NCBI GenBank assembly: GCA_013140485.1
Contig: JABFSS010000068.1
Location: 1 to 44,724 of the forward strand
DNA from: Candidatus Peribacteraceae bacterium
GTDB taxonomy: Bacteria; Patescibacteriota; Gracilibacteria; Peribacterales; Peribacteraceae
DNA: 44,724 nt
Reading direction: 5' to 3'
Shown in pieces: positions 25,479 through 34,449 of the stretch. The number at the start of each line of letters is the position of its first letter. The first letter of the stretch is position 1. The notes under the pieces are model-generated. The model saw nothing but the letters and a program-made list of their open reading frames with translations. It was not told the DNA's origin and searched no databases. A program made the position numbers and the translations under genes.

Positions 25479-26434
25479 AGGACAAAGTTCTGTGTCAACA
25501 ACTGCCTATTCACATTGGTTTCCAAATTCCGGCACAGATCCGCGAGATTCCGGACCACCGACGGCGTGGCCTCCTCGTTCTCCTCCCGGAGCGCGAGCGA
25601 GAGATGAAGAAGAAACTGGTCGGAGTCGGCCGTACGTTGATGGAGGGGTTGCAGCAGCTGCATCCGTTCGACGTTGGACCGGCTGTGCCAGAACGCGAGC
25701 GCGCTGCTGTACACCTGCCGTTCTTTGCGGAGGAGATCGGGGTTTTCGCGCAAACGCTTGATGACGCCGGGCGCGCCCTGTGCGACGCGCAGAAGAAATT
25801 GACGTTCATCATCCTCTGCCCCCGAGAGGAGTGGTTCGAGTTCACTGTCCGTGAGACGCGAAAAGTTCATCGTACGTGCGCGCGAGACGAGTGTCGGGAC
25901 CAGCGAGGCGAGCGATTGCGTCGTCAGGAGGAAGACGACGCCCTCGGGCGGTTCTTCCAAAATCTTGAGTAGTGAACTGACAGCGGTGGTCTGCATGCGC
26001 TCGACCGAGCGGATGATGCAGCAGCGGAATTTCCCCGCGCCCACTTCGTGCAGGCGCTCCTGCACCGCGCGGATATCGTCGATGCTGATCGTGTCGGTCT
26101 TCGCGGGCGTATCTTTGGCACGGTGCTGCTGCGGAATGTTCGACGATCTCGCGATTACGGCAAAATCTTCGCAGACGTCTTCGATCCATAGTTGGTCGAG
26201 GACAATCAGATCGGGATGCAGCAGCCGGTCGATCTGGTCATTGATCGCCGGGCATTCTTCTTTCTTGTGTCCGTGACAGAGCAGTTGCCGTGCGAACCAA
26301 TTCGCCACCGCGAATTTTCCCAAATGCTGCGCTCCGGAAAACAAATACGCGTGCACCACGTTGCCCTGGTCGAGATCCGTCTGCAGTTCCGCGAGCTGCG
26401 GACGGTGGCCGAGGATCTCCGAGGAAAGACTCAT
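25448..26434 (-). CDS. holB: DNA polymerase III delta' subunit
   Basis: ...VVHAYLFSGAQHLGK...A..FA..LLC...; ...FRCCIIRSVERMQTTAVSSLLKILEEPPEGVVFLLTTQSLASLVPTLVSRAR. Start taken at MSLSSEILGH (ATG 26434). Confidence 0.85.
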   Translation of the reverse strand: MSLSSEILGHRPQLAELQTDLDQGNVVHAYLFSGAQHLGKFAVANWFARQLLCHGHKKEECPAINDQIDRLLHPDLIVLDQLWIEDVCEDFAVIARSSNIPQQHRAKDTPAKTDTISIDDIRAVQERLHEVGAGKFRCCIIRSVERMQTTAVSSLLKILEEPPEGVVFLLTTQSLASLVPTLVSRARTMNFSRLTDSELEPLLSGAEDDERQFLLRVAQGAPGVIKRLRENPDLLRKERQVYSSALAFWHSRSNVERMQLLQPLHQRTADSDQFLLHLSLALREENEEATPSVVRNLADLCRNLETNVNRQLLTQNFVLSLDTLSAPR

Positions 26435-26465
26435 TGGAGGTTCATGATAGCAAAATTTCCCCGGA

Positions 26466-26523
26466 GATGAATTATGAATAACGAAGCATGAATCATGGTT
26501 AGATTCCATAATTCATGATTCAT
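26466..26523 (+). repeat. left copy of an imperfect direct repeat flanking the low-GC block
   Basis: gatgaattatgaa ... ataattcatgattcat. It also contains the inverted pair catgaatcatg (26487-26497) / catgattcata (26514-26524). Confidence 0.55.
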
Positions 26524-26719
26524 AAATCATGCTTCTTTTAGTGTGCGAACAGCGTAAACGCGGGAATCAGGAACACGCTCAAGAAAAACACGAACATCGC
26601 CGTCGCGCTGCTACGTTCCTTTCGGTGAGGATTAGGGATGAACATAGAGAGGAGGGGGATATGCAAAGAAGACGGCCCGAAGCGGAGGTTCTTACTAAAA
26701 CTTTTGATATACTTCGGGA

Positions 26720-27001
26720 ATGCAACGCATCGAAATCTCCTTGCGAGGATTCCTCAGCTTCCACAAAGGAATCGTGAACGCCGTGATTCACGTTCTTGGA
26801 ATCTCGCTGGCCGTCTACGGCGTCTGGACGATGAACTGGCCGCTGATCATCGTTGCTCCGCTGATCATGGAAGCGGGTCATGCCTACAATCATTTTCGGA
26901 AAATCGAAAGCTATCCCGTTCGCGTTCTGCCACTGCAGTTGGCGACCTACATCACGTTTCTTGTAGTGGTATATCTGGTGAGAATACTCATTGCAGGCTA
27001 G
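26720..27001 (+). CDS. small polytopic membrane protein (93 aa)
   Basis: FHKGIVNAVIHVLGISLAVYGVW, WPLIIVAPLIMEAGHAY and LQLATYITFLVVVYLVRILIAG are hydrophobic helices. A possible DUF962/Mpo1-like H..N..H pattern is unverified. An extended -10 TGaTATACT lies 6 nt upstream of the ATG. Confidence 0.55.
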   Translation: MQRIEISLRGFLSFHKGIVNAVIHVLGISLAVYGVWTMNWPLIIVAPLIMEAGHAYNHFRKIESYPVRVLPLQLATYITFLVVVYLVRILIAG

Positions 27002-27011
27002 AACGCGCTAT

Positions 27012-27040
27012 TTGCCATAATTTATATATAATGATATAAT
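27012..27040 (+). promoter_or_regulatory. sigma70 promoter, leaderless configuration
   Basis: TTGCCA (27012-27017), 17 nt, TATAAT (27035-27040), 7 nt, then the ATG at 27048. Confidence 0.55.
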
Positions 27041-27047
27041 AATAAAT

Positions 27048-27977
27048 ATGAAAATCCCCCTGCCGGACCGTATTAAGGCATACCAAGCCGGCATCGAAAG
27101 GAAGGCGACTGAGTCTGGTTTTGCTGCCGAAGTTTTGGATCAATTTGGTCCAAGAATCCGCGACCTTCTCGCAAGTGCTAATAGCACTTCATCGGCTGAA
27201 CTCGAAATTGAATTCCACAATTTACAATTAGAGGCGCGCACGCTCCATCAGAAACTCTTCGCAAGAAATAAAACCGTGAGTGAGGGGTACAAACCAGGAG
27301 ACCGTGTTTTAACGGAAGCGGGCTCTGCCACGGTGCGTGAGGCACTATTATCGTTCGGTCGTTGGACTGTCTCCGTCGAAATAGATAATGGCAGAGTGAC
27401 TCACGGTACGAAAACGGGAAGTGCAATCAAAAGACTTGGAGAATTGAATGCAGACGAGCACAAGCGCTACGATCTTTGCGTCGGACTGGGAGCATACGTA
27501 AAAGACTTATTTTTAGAGAACATGGTGAAGGACGAAAAAGCCCCGGCGTACGCTCGAATACTGGACATGGCATTTCAAGATCCACAAGTTATCGCGGACC
27601 TGGCCAAAGAAGCCGCTTCTATTGAACAAAAAACTGGCATGACAGGCCAACTTCCTGTTTTGGAGACGCGCGTGCGGGAGTTGCTTGCCTTAAAAAGAAA
27701 GAAGGAAAGAAAGAAGGGCGGTGATAAAAAAATAAAAGTGCCAAAGCCCAGAATATTTGGGCGCACCGAGGTAGGAGGCCTCTTTCTCCTTGCCTTGCGT
27801 GACAATATTTGGGGACTACGAAACACTGCGGACAGTCCTGAAGACTATCCAAAATTTTTAGAGGCATCTATACCACGCGCAATCCGACCATTCATTAGCG
27901 AGGCGGGGGGCGACATTGTCAATGATCATACGAGAAAGAATGCAGAACGGAGAGAGGATGAAGAAAGCAGGAGATAA
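27048..27977 (+). CDS. hypothetical protein (309 aa) with a basic KRKKERKKGGDKKIK patch
   Basis: Long ORF directly behind a promoter. No recognised family. Confidence 0.6.
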   Translation: MKIPLPDRIKAYQAGIERKATESGFAAEVLDQFGPRIRDLLASANSTSSAELEIEFHNLQLEARTLHQKLFARNKTVSEGYKPGDRVLTEAGSATVREALLSFGRWTVSVEIDNGRVTHGTKTGSAIKRLGELNADEHKRYDLCVGLGAYVKDLFLENMVKDEKAPAYARILDMAFQDPQVIADLAKEAASIEQKTGMTGQLPVLETRVRELLALKRKKERKKGGDKKIKVPKPRIFGRTEVGGLFLLALRDNIWGLRNTADSPEDYPKFLEASIPRAIRPFISEAGGDIVNDHTRKNAERREDEESRR

Positions 27978-28089
27978 AAACCTTATGTATTCTTCATGTG
28001 ATGCAGAAAAACCTCTTCCGGAAGCCATAATCTTCAAATCAGATCCTACAAAATTGTGTAGCGAGCAGAAGGTGATAGATTGAACGCAT

Positions 28090-28401
28090 ATGGCTCGCGG
28101 TGAAACTATTGAAGTCCGGCAAATCGGCAAACTGGTTCAAGTAAAAGGCAATGTGGCCATCGTGGAATGGGAAGATCGAGAGCAAGAAGAGGTGCGAGCT
28201 CCTGCACTTGCTAAATGCAAAAGCGGACAAGAATTTGAGGCGATGGTAACGAGAGACCGAGAAACATACAGATTTAAAAGTTTGGATTGCTGCCAATTAC
28301 TGGAACCAACCCGTGAAATCACTGAATCTGAGTCTGATGAATTATGGAGATCACTGCAGACGACAGCGAACCTCCCAAGTTCGTCGTGGGATGAGTTATG
28401 A
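28090..28401 (+). CDS. hypothetical protein (103 aa)
   Basis: ORF preceded by TTGTGT-16-TAGATT-8-ATG. It ends ...SSWDEL inside the right direct repeat. Confidence 0.5.
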   Translation: MARGETIEVRQIGKLVQVKGNVAIVEWEDREQEEVRAPALAKCKSGQEFEAMVTRDRETYRFKSLDCCQLLEPTREITESESDELWRSLQTTANLPSSSWDEL

Positions 28402-28433
28402 ACAGGTCTTATGACTTATAATTCTTGATTCAT
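28390..28433 (+). repeat. right copy of the imperfect direct repeat flanking the low-GC block
   Basis: gatgagttatgaa ... ataattcttgattcat. 12/13 and 15/16 matches to the left copy, in the same order and orientation. It ends 3 nt before the secA stop codon. Confidence 0.55.
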
Positions 28434-28436
28434 CTC

Positions 28437-31271
28437 TCACGCATTTTTCCCGTGGCATTTCTTATATTTTTTTCCTGATCCACACGGACAAGGATCATTT
28501 CGACCTATCTCCTGAGTTGAACGCTGCTGCTTGCCCGCCGTAGCCTTGGCGGAGGTGGGAGGAGTTGCCGAACGTTTTTGAGGCTGCTGCGCAGTCATGT
28601 TGAACGGAATATCTTTTGCTTCTTCCGGACTGAGCTGCAACGTAGTCCCTCCGCCGCCGCCGGTGAGCGACACTTCGATATCGGCTTCATTTGTTTGTAG
28701 ATCTGCTTCGCGCTCTTCTTCGTCGAAGACGACCATGGATTGTGGCGCGAACATCGCGAAGTCGGATTGGAGGAGCGTGCGCACGATGGTGCTGTCGATG
28801 GTCTGGAGGAGTTGCTGGAAGCGGCGGAAGCCCTGGTCCTGGTATTCAATGAGTGGATCGCGCTGCGCGTAGCCACTGAACGCGACTTGTTCACGCAGAT
28901 GCGACATGTCGTCGATATGGTCCATCCAGTGCGCGTCGATGCTGCGCAGTGTGATGATGCTTTCGGCACGGCCGACGAGTGTGACATCGAAGGATTCACA
29001 CTTCTCTTTGTAGAAGCGGTGGATGAACACGGTGACGTCATCCTTGAGAATCTCGCGGTCCGTGTACTTCTTCAACTTCTCGATGCTGAATTCTTGCGCG
29101 AATTCCTGATGCAAAGCGCCGAGCCCGGCCGTGATCTTCTGCACTTCCCACTCTTCAGGATCATCCGTCCGCGCATGGACATCAACGAGACTGTGACTAT
29201 CTCTGCGCATCGCAGCGAGTATTTCTTCATGGAGCGGTAAGGCCACAGAAGTCGCAGAGGTGACAGAGGTGTCTGTCACATCTGTGGCGTCTGTCACTTC
29301 TGTCGCCTTCTCCCCTTCGGCAATTCTTTCGAGGATCTTCTGTCTCCGTATATAAATAATGTTCCGGTGCCGATTCATCACGTCGTCGTACTGCAGAACA
29401 TGGCGGCGGATGTCGAAGTTTCTGCCTTCCACTTTCTTCTGGGCACTCTCGATGGAACGCGAGACCATTCCGTTTTCGAGAGGAACGTCGTCGGGAACGC
29501 GCAGACGTTCCATCATCGACTTCAATCGATCTCCGCCAAAGAGCCGCATCAGGTCGTCCTCCATCGAGACGAAGAAGAGACTTTCACCGGGGTCTCCCTG
29601 GCGGCCCGCGCGTCCGCGCAGCTGGTTATCAATGCGGCGAGCTTCGTGGCGTTCGGTGCCTAGGATGGCGAGACCACCGAGCGCGGCGACGCCCGCGCCG
29701 AGTTTGATGTCGGTACCGCGTCCGGCCATGTTTGTGGCGATCGTGACGCTCTTTTCTTGGCCGGCATTCGCGACGATTTCGGCTTCTTTCTCGTGCTGCT
29801 TGGCATTGAGAACTTGATGCGGGACGCCCTCTCGTTCCAGGAGCGCGCTCATCGCTTCGGATTTTTCGACGGACGTGGTGCCGATGAGGATCGGCTGGCC
29901 CTTCTCGTACTTCTCCTTCGCAATCTTCGCGACTGCCGTGAACTTGGCCGCGACGGTTCGGTAGACCGCATCCGCCCGGTCATTGCGGACCATCTGGCGG
30001 TGTGTCGGGATCGTGAGGACGCGCAATTTATAGATCGACTCGAATTCTTCTTCTTCCGTTTTCGCCGTACCCGTCATGCCGGCGAGTTTTTTGAACAGGC
30101 GGAAGTAGTTCTGAAACGTGATTGTTGCGAGTGTTTTGGATTCGCGTTGAACGGGAACGCGCTCTTTGGCTTCAATGGCCTGATGGAGTCCGTGACTGTA
30201 GCGGCGCCCCGGCATCAGGCGACCTGTGAACTCATCGACGATGACCACTTCGTTGGCGGGGTTCACGACGTAATCGACATCGCGTGCGAAGATTGCATGC
30301 GCCTTGAGCGCCTGTTCGATGTGATGCACTTCCTGAAACCCGCGGTCCGTGTAGATATTCTCAATGCCGAGGAGCTGCTCCATCTTCTTGATCCCTTCTT
30401 CGGTCAGCACCGCCGTCCGTTGCTTCTCGTCTTTCGTGTAGTGCTCGCCTTCTTTCAACTGACCGACGAGCTGCGCGTACTGCGCGTACTTGGTCGTCGA
30501 TTCGTCCGCCGGCTGGCTGATGATGAGTGGGGTGCGCGCTTCGTCGATGAGGATGGAGTCGACTTCGTCGACGATGGCGTAATGGAGACCTCTTTGAACC
30601 TGGCGCTCCCGCGACGGGGCCATGTTGTCGCGCAAGTAATCGAACCCGAATTCGCTGTTGGTGCCGTACGTGACGTCGGACGCATAGGCTTCTCGACGTT
30701 GCGCCGTGGGAAGTCCATGCACGACCACGCCGACCGTGAGGCCGAGCGCCTTATAGAGGAGGCTCATCCAGGTCGCGTCGCGGCGCGCGAGGTAATCGTT
30801 GACCGTGACGACGTGGACTCCTTTACCGAGGAGCGCGTTGAGGTACACGGGGAGCGTACACACGAGCGTCTTGCCTTCCCCTGTCCGCATTTCGGCGATG
30901 TTTCCGCGGTGGAGCGCCACGCCGCCCAAGATCTGCACGTCGAACGGGATCATGTCCCATCCGAATTCTTGCTTTCCCATTTGGATCTTCGCCCCGGATT
31001 CCTTGAGGAGTTCGCAGGCGCGAATGGCCACGGCGAAGGCTTCCGGAAGAATGTCATTCAACACCTTTTGCACATCCTTCCCCGCCGCGATTTCAGATTG
31101 GATGCGCGACTTGAGCTCCGCCGTCTTCTTCGGCAAATCCGCGAGAGTCAGCGCCCGGATCGCCGGATCCTTTTCCGCCTGCCGCACAGTCGCGATCATC
31201 GGCCTCAGCCGCTTGAGTTCCTTTTCGTTGGGATCGCCGAGGAGCTTGTTGAGGGTGTCGAGGAAGGCCAT
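28437..31271 (-). CDS. secA: preprotein translocase ATPase SecA
   Basis: [22 protein letters not shown]..., [80 protein letters not shown] and GRGTDI.LG. The C-terminal zinc motif is [14 protein letters not shown]. Confidence 0.97.
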   Translation of the reverse strand: MAFLDTLNKLLGDPNEKELKRLRPMIATVRQAEKDPAIRALTLADLPKKTAELKSRIQSEIAAGKDVQKVLNDILPEAFAVAIRACELLKESGAKIQMGKQEFGWDMIPFDVQILGGVALHRGNIAEMRTGEGKTLVCTLPVYLNALLGKGVHVVTVNDYLARRDATWMSLLYKALGLTVGVVVHGLPTAQRREAYASDVTYGTNSEFGFDYLRDNMAPSRERQVQRGLHYAIVDEVDSILIDEARTPLIISQPADESTTKYAQYAQLVGQLKEGEHYTKDEKQRTAVLTEEGIKKMEQLLGIENIYTDRGFQEVHHIEQALKAHAIFARDVDYVVNPANEVVIVDEFTGRLMPGRRYSHGLHQAIEAKERVPVQRESKTLATITFQNYFRLFKKLAGMTGTAKTEEEEFESIYKLRVLTIPTHRQMVRNDRADAVYRTVAAKFTAVAKIAKEKYEKGQPILIGTTSVEKSEAMSALLEREGVPHQVLNAKQHEKEAEIVANAGQEKSVTIATNMAGRGTDIKLGAGVAALGGLAILGTERHEARRIDNQLRGRAGRQGDPGESLFFVSMEDDLMRLFGGDRLKSMMERLRVPDDVPLENGMVSRSIESAQKKVEGRNFDIRRHVLQYDDVMNRHRNIIYIRRQKILERIAEGEKATEVTDATDVTDTSVTSATSVALPLHEEILAAMRRDSHSLVDVHARTDDPEEWEVQKITAGLGALHQEFAQEFSIEKLKKYTDREILKDDVTVFIHRFYKEKCESFDVTLVGRAESIITLRSIDAHWMDHIDDMSHLREQVAFSGYAQRDPLIEYQDQGFRRFQQLLQTIDSTIVRTLLQSDFAMFAPQSMVVFDEEEREADLQTNEADIEVSLTGGGGGTTLQLSPEEAKDIPFNMTAQQPQKRSATPPTSAKATAGKQQRSTQEIGRNDPCPCGSGKKYKKCHGKNA

Positions 31272-31321
31272 ACGCGTGACGCTGGAGTATATCTGCGAAG
31301 ATGTTGATGTCCCAGACGAAA

Positions 31322-31350
31322 TTGACTGTTTCTAATTAATATTTTAAAAT
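31322..31350 (+). promoter_or_regulatory. sigma70 promoter, leaderless configuration
   Basis: TTGACT (31322-31327), 17 nt, TAAAAT (31345-31350), 7 nt, then the ATG at 31358. Confidence 0.6.
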
Positions 31351-31357
31351 ATTTCCT

Positions 31358-31810
31358 ATGGGCGTTCTCGAGTATATCCACGAACAGTCACTTCCATTGG
31401 ATGAATTACTCACAAGAGTGCGGGTGCATTACTCTGCCGCGAAGAATCTGGAGGAGAAGCATGGGTATGTCCAATCCACCGTCGAGCAATGGATAGGTAC
31501 ACACTTGGCATCATGCACGGTGCAAGAAGCGGTGGAGAAAATACGAGCGTGGGGAAGCTCCATCGGGAAAGTTGGTCTCTCTTCCGACTTGGGTCAGGCG
31601 CCTGCCGTTGTGCTCCACATTCTGATACAGACGATGCTTGAAAAACATGGAGCAGACCCAACGGCAATTTCTCGAATTGCGGCAGAAGAGCGCACACTCG
31701 CACTGGATTTAATCACGGATGCCGGAACGATGAGCGACGCGTTTGTAATGCGCTGCATGATGCAATACAAATGGAATATCGTTCGCATCACGAAAACACC
31801 CACAACGTGA
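31358..31810 (+). CDS. hypothetical protein (150 aa)
   Basis: ORF directly behind the 31322 promoter. No recognised family. Confidence 0.55.
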   Translation: MGVLEYIHEQSLPLDELLTRVRVHYSAAKNLEEKHGYVQSTVEQWIGTHLASCTVQEAVEKIRAWGSSIGKVGLSSDLGQAPAVVLHILIQTMLEKHGADPTAISRIAAEERTLALDLITDAGTMSDAFVMRCMMQYKWNIVRITKTPTT

Positions 31811-31848
31811 GCGTCACCACTTCCTTATTCTTTGCTACGGAGAATTGT

Positions 31849-31877
31849 TTGACAATTGTCTGACATTTCACTAGCAT
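31849..31877 (+). promoter_or_regulatory. TA-module promoter with palindromic operator
   Basis: TTGACA (31849-31854), 17 nt, TAGCAT (31872-31877), 6 nt, then the ATG at 31884. The perfect palindrome GACAATTGTC (31851-31860) overlaps the -35 box. Confidence 0.6.
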
Positions 31878-31883
31878 GAAGAC

Positions 31884-32120
31884 ATGCAATCCAAGACCGT
31901 CAAAACCCGGGAATTCCTGCGCAATTTCAAGACAATCAAAGGACAGCTGACGAGCGGGCGCATTCACTACGTGGTCATCGATATAGGAGAGAATCGCGAA
32001 CTGAAACTGTCGGTGAGACGTCCGCCCAGCAACGGGAAGGATCTGGCGCGCTTGTTTTCTTCTTTGCCCAAACCGATTCGCATCCGCAGAACCCATCTCT
32101 TTGATGAACTTTTCCAGTGA
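31884..32120 (+). CDS. putative antitoxin of a VapBC-like pair (family uncertain)
   Basis: 78-aa ORF directly upstream of, and nearly abutting, the PIN-domain gene. The N-terminus KTVKTREFLRNFKTIKGQL resembles Phd/YefM-type antitoxin starts (weak). Confidence 0.5.
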   Translation: MQSKTVKTREFLRNFKTIKGQLTSGRIHYVVIDIGENRELKLSVRRPPSNGKDLARLFSSLPKPIRIRRTHLFDELFQ

Positions 32121-32124
32121 CCAC

Positions 32125-32508
32125 ATGCCGGACATTCTGATCGATACCAATATCGTTATTTATCTGTTCAAGAAGGAGAAAAAATACATCGATTTTATGG
32201 AATCAGGTGAGAAGAATGCCGGCATCAGCATTGTGACGTACATGGAAACACTCATCGGCGCGCAAAATGAGAGGGAGGAACAAACCATTCGGGCGTTTCT
32301 CGATCAATTTGAAGTCATACCCTTGGATATCGACATTGCCCGTCAGGCCGCTGCATGGATACGTCTAAAAAAGCAAAAAGGGATGAGGCATCCCGGAACT
32401 TCCGACACGATTATCGGACACACGGCCCTGTTTCTTGGCGTCCCACTTGTGACGAACAACCGAAAAGACTTCGCTGCATTCACAGGACTGAAGATTACTG
32501 TTCCATGA
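32125..32508 (+). CDS. vapC: PIN-domain ribonuclease toxin (VapC-like)
   Basis: MPDILIDTNIVIY..., ...ISIVTYMETL..., ...SDTIIGHTALFLGVPLVTNNRKDF place acidic residues in the usual PIN positions. Alternative starts at 32101/32104 overlap the antitoxin. Confidence 0.8.
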   Translation: MPDILIDTNIVIYLFKKEKKYIDFMESGEKNAGISIVTYMETLIGAQNEREEQTIRAFLDQFEVIPLDIDIARQAAAWIRLKKQKGMRHPGTSDTIIGHTALFLGVPLVTNNRKDFAAFTGLKITVP

Positions 32509-32884
32509 GAGACTTTTCCCAAGCTTGTTGAAGAAGTTCGGCAAACATCTCCCCGAGCATCACCACACCGCGCTCTGCACACACGCCATGTATGGCGATC
32601 GCACCGTACGGAAGATCGGGCAGTACGGAAACTTTCGGCAAGCCAATGAGGCCGGTGGTTTCCCTGAGTGCAGCGGGAAGCGTATTCAGAATCTGAAAAT
32701 TGCAATAGAGCATGCTCCTGTAAATGCGTCCGCTGACTGCCCGCTGCAATCGGAGCTGTTCCATGATCGGCATTCTTAGGACTTCTACTGCACCTGGCAC
32801 TTCTTCAGCGCGAAACACAGCTGCAACATGGTGCTTGTTCTCCTCTTGAAAAAGGCGTGCCGCGTCCGGGGTCATTTTGACCAT
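32495..32884 (-). CDS. hypothetical protein (129 aa) downstream of tsaB
   Basis: Starts 11 nt after the tsaB stop on the same strand. No GNAT/RimI motifs. Its 3' end overlaps vapC convergently by 14 nt. Confidence 0.5.
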   Translation of the reverse strand: MVKMTPDAARLFQEENKHHVAAVFRAEEVPGAVEVLRMPIMEQLRLQRAVSGRIYRSMLYCNFQILNTLPAALRETTGLIGLPKVSVLPDLPYGAIAIHGVCAERGVVMLGEMFAELLQQAWEKSLMEQ

Positions 32885-32895
32885 AAGGGATCATA

Positions 32896-33528
32896 TTACC
32901 ACCCCCTCCCATACCACGGCTGCAGGATTTGCTTCACATAGGTCTGTTTTTTGAGAAATGACGGCAGCACCTCTGCGATGGGAACCAGCGACGCTTCCTG
33001 AGCGCCCGCTTCATCGACAATTTTTCGGTGCTCGGGGATCAGCTCGCCCATCCACTGACTTCCCTCCTTTATTACCTTCTTCAGCTCATCGAGCGTGATG
33101 CACTGCGGCTCAGGAAATTTTTTGGCGAAGTCACCAAAGCTGCGAATGAAGAGTTCATTTTTTTTAGTTGAGTGAAGCCACAGGGCATTGTTGGTCAGCT
33201 CAGACGCCGACGTCTGAGCTGACGTGCGCGCGCGATACACATCACTCAAATGAACCCCGCACGATGGAATCTTGAGTTCATGACTAAGTGTATTCGCCAG
33301 CGCGACCGCCACCCGCAAACTTGTAAATCCTCCGGGCCCGACCACACATGCGATGTTCGTCAGGTCTTGATAGGACCAGCCTGCAGACAGGAGCGCCTTT
33401 TCTAGGCGCGGAACTAAAGATGCATCATCAATGCGATGATCGGCTCTTTCAGAAGCCAGAATTGCGTCATTAGTGACGGCGGCAATCAGACCATCATGGG
33501 ACGCAAGATCGAGGTAGAGTGTATGCAT
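32896..33528 (-). CDS. tsaB: tRNA N6-threonylcarbamoyladenosine biosynthesis protein TsaB
   Basis: MHTLYLDLASHDGLIAAV.....L......H.........P.LEK.L...G....DL..IACVVGPGGFTSLRV.VA.AN.L. Start taken at ATG 33528, not the ORF-track start at 33648. Confidence 0.8.
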   Translation of the reverse strand: MHTLYLDLASHDGLIAAVTNDAILASERADHRIDDASLVPRLEKALLSAGWSYQDLTNIACVVGPGGFTSLRVAVALANTLSHELKIPSCGVHLSDVYRARTSAQTSASELTNNALWLHSTKKNELFIRSFGDFAKKFPEPQCITLDELKKVIKEGSQWMGELIPEHRKIVDEAGAQEASLVPIAEVLPSFLKKQTYVKQILQPWYGRGW

Positions 33529-34378
33529 GGAGGCGCCCATTCTCTCCGTCATCATCCCCGCGCACAACCACCCGGAGATTCTCCGCAAAACCCTGGAGCA
33601 TCTTGAGCGGCAGACGATCGCGGACCAGATCGAGGTGATCATCGTCAACGACGGTGAAAAGTTAACCCTTCGTCAGACTCAGGGGAAAAGTGAAAAGCTG
33701 GACCTGCGAATTCTTGATGTTCCTCCGTGTCATCAGGGAACAGCGCGCAATATCGGCGCCAAGCTCGCTCACGGAAAATATGTGATGTTCATCGGCGACG
33801 ATATTTTTTTGGCGCCGGATGCGTGTGAGAAGCATGTGCACTCTCTTGATTCCCGATTCTCCGATCTCCGTTTCGCGGTGCTCGGCTTCACGACCTGGGA
33901 TCCCGCCTGCGGTATCACGCCGACGATGCGCTGGCTCGAACGCACGGGATGGCAATTCGGCTACCCGATGATCAAGCGGCACGCGCATCACTTCCTCCCC
34001 TCTCGCGTGCAACATCGCTTCACCTACACAAGTCACATCAGTTTGCCGACGAAGATCGCACGGAAGTTTCCGTTCCGTGAATACGTGACGCTGTATGGCT
34101 GGGAAGACATCGAATGGGGACTTCGGTTAAAGAACGCGGGCGTAAAGCTGCTGTACGAGCCGGGCGCCACAGCGCTCCATCATCATCACATTACGTTGAA
34201 AGATTCGCTCAAGAGAATGGAGACGCTCGGGAGATCGGCGGTCGTGATGGAGAGGCTGGTGCCGGAATTGAAATTGGTTCCACGAGGATGGAAGAAGCGA
34301 AAATACCGGATTGCGGCGATGCTGCCGGGGATGCGGGGGGCGCATGCCCGATCTTTTTTACAAGGACTGGCGGCATAG
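33527..34378 (+). CDS. family 2 glycosyltransferase
   Basis: MEAPILSVIIPAHNHPEILRKTLEHLERQT....IEVIIVNDG and ...VMFIGDDIF are the GT-A DxD-type core. Confidence 0.8.
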   Translation: MEAPILSVIIPAHNHPEILRKTLEHLERQTIADQIEVIIVNDGEKLTLRQTQGKSEKLDLRILDVPPCHQGTARNIGAKLAHGKYVMFIGDDIFLAPDACEKHVHSLDSRFSDLRFAVLGFTTWDPACGITPTMRWLERTGWQFGYPMIKRHAHHFLPSRVQHRFTYTSHISLPTKIARKFPFREYVTLYGWEDIEWGLRLKNAGVKLLYEPGATALHHHHITLKDSLKRMETLGRSAVVMERLVPELKLVPRGWKKRKYRIAAMLPGMRGAHARSFLQGLAA

Positions 34379-34449
34379 CGCTTCCAATGGACGTTCGCAG
34401 CGCCGCGCCGTCCTTGCATCGGAGATGCAAACGCGTAGACTTTTTAGCA

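Larger units (their letters stand above)
26524..28389 (+). mobile_element. candidate inserted low-GC three-gene block between holB and secA (no recombinase seen)
   Basis: Bounded by the direct repeats at 26466-26523 and 28390-28433. Plus-strand orphan genes sit between two minus-strand core genes. G+C is lower (hand count 25/60 at 27181-27240). Confidence 0.35.

Noticed and set aside
26538-26645. 35-aa minus-strand ORF (MFIPNPHRKERSSATAMFVFFLSVFLIPAFTLFAH) with one TM helix upstream of holB.
   Set aside because: It has no promoter or start-context support, is very short and overlaps other candidate frames. It cannot be distinguished from chance without conservation data.
26646-26777. The only strong SD-like sequence seen (agaggaggggg), 4-5 nt before an ATG at 26661 that opens a 38-codon ORF.
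   Set aside because: The ORF overlaps the start of the more convincing 93-aa membrane protein in another frame. Its product is low-complexity. The genome otherwise shows no SD usage, so the match is probably coincidental. Left unresolved rather than called.
29757-31307. 516-aa ORF antisense to secA. Similar long antisense ORFs occur at 37397-38572, 38600-39454, 40967-42298, 34534-35268, 9267-9992, 109-915 and 21671-22453.
   Set aside because: Each lies fully inside a confidently identified gene on the other strand. Their translations are Arg/His/Asp-rich nonsense, typical of GC-rich antisense frames. None has its own signals.
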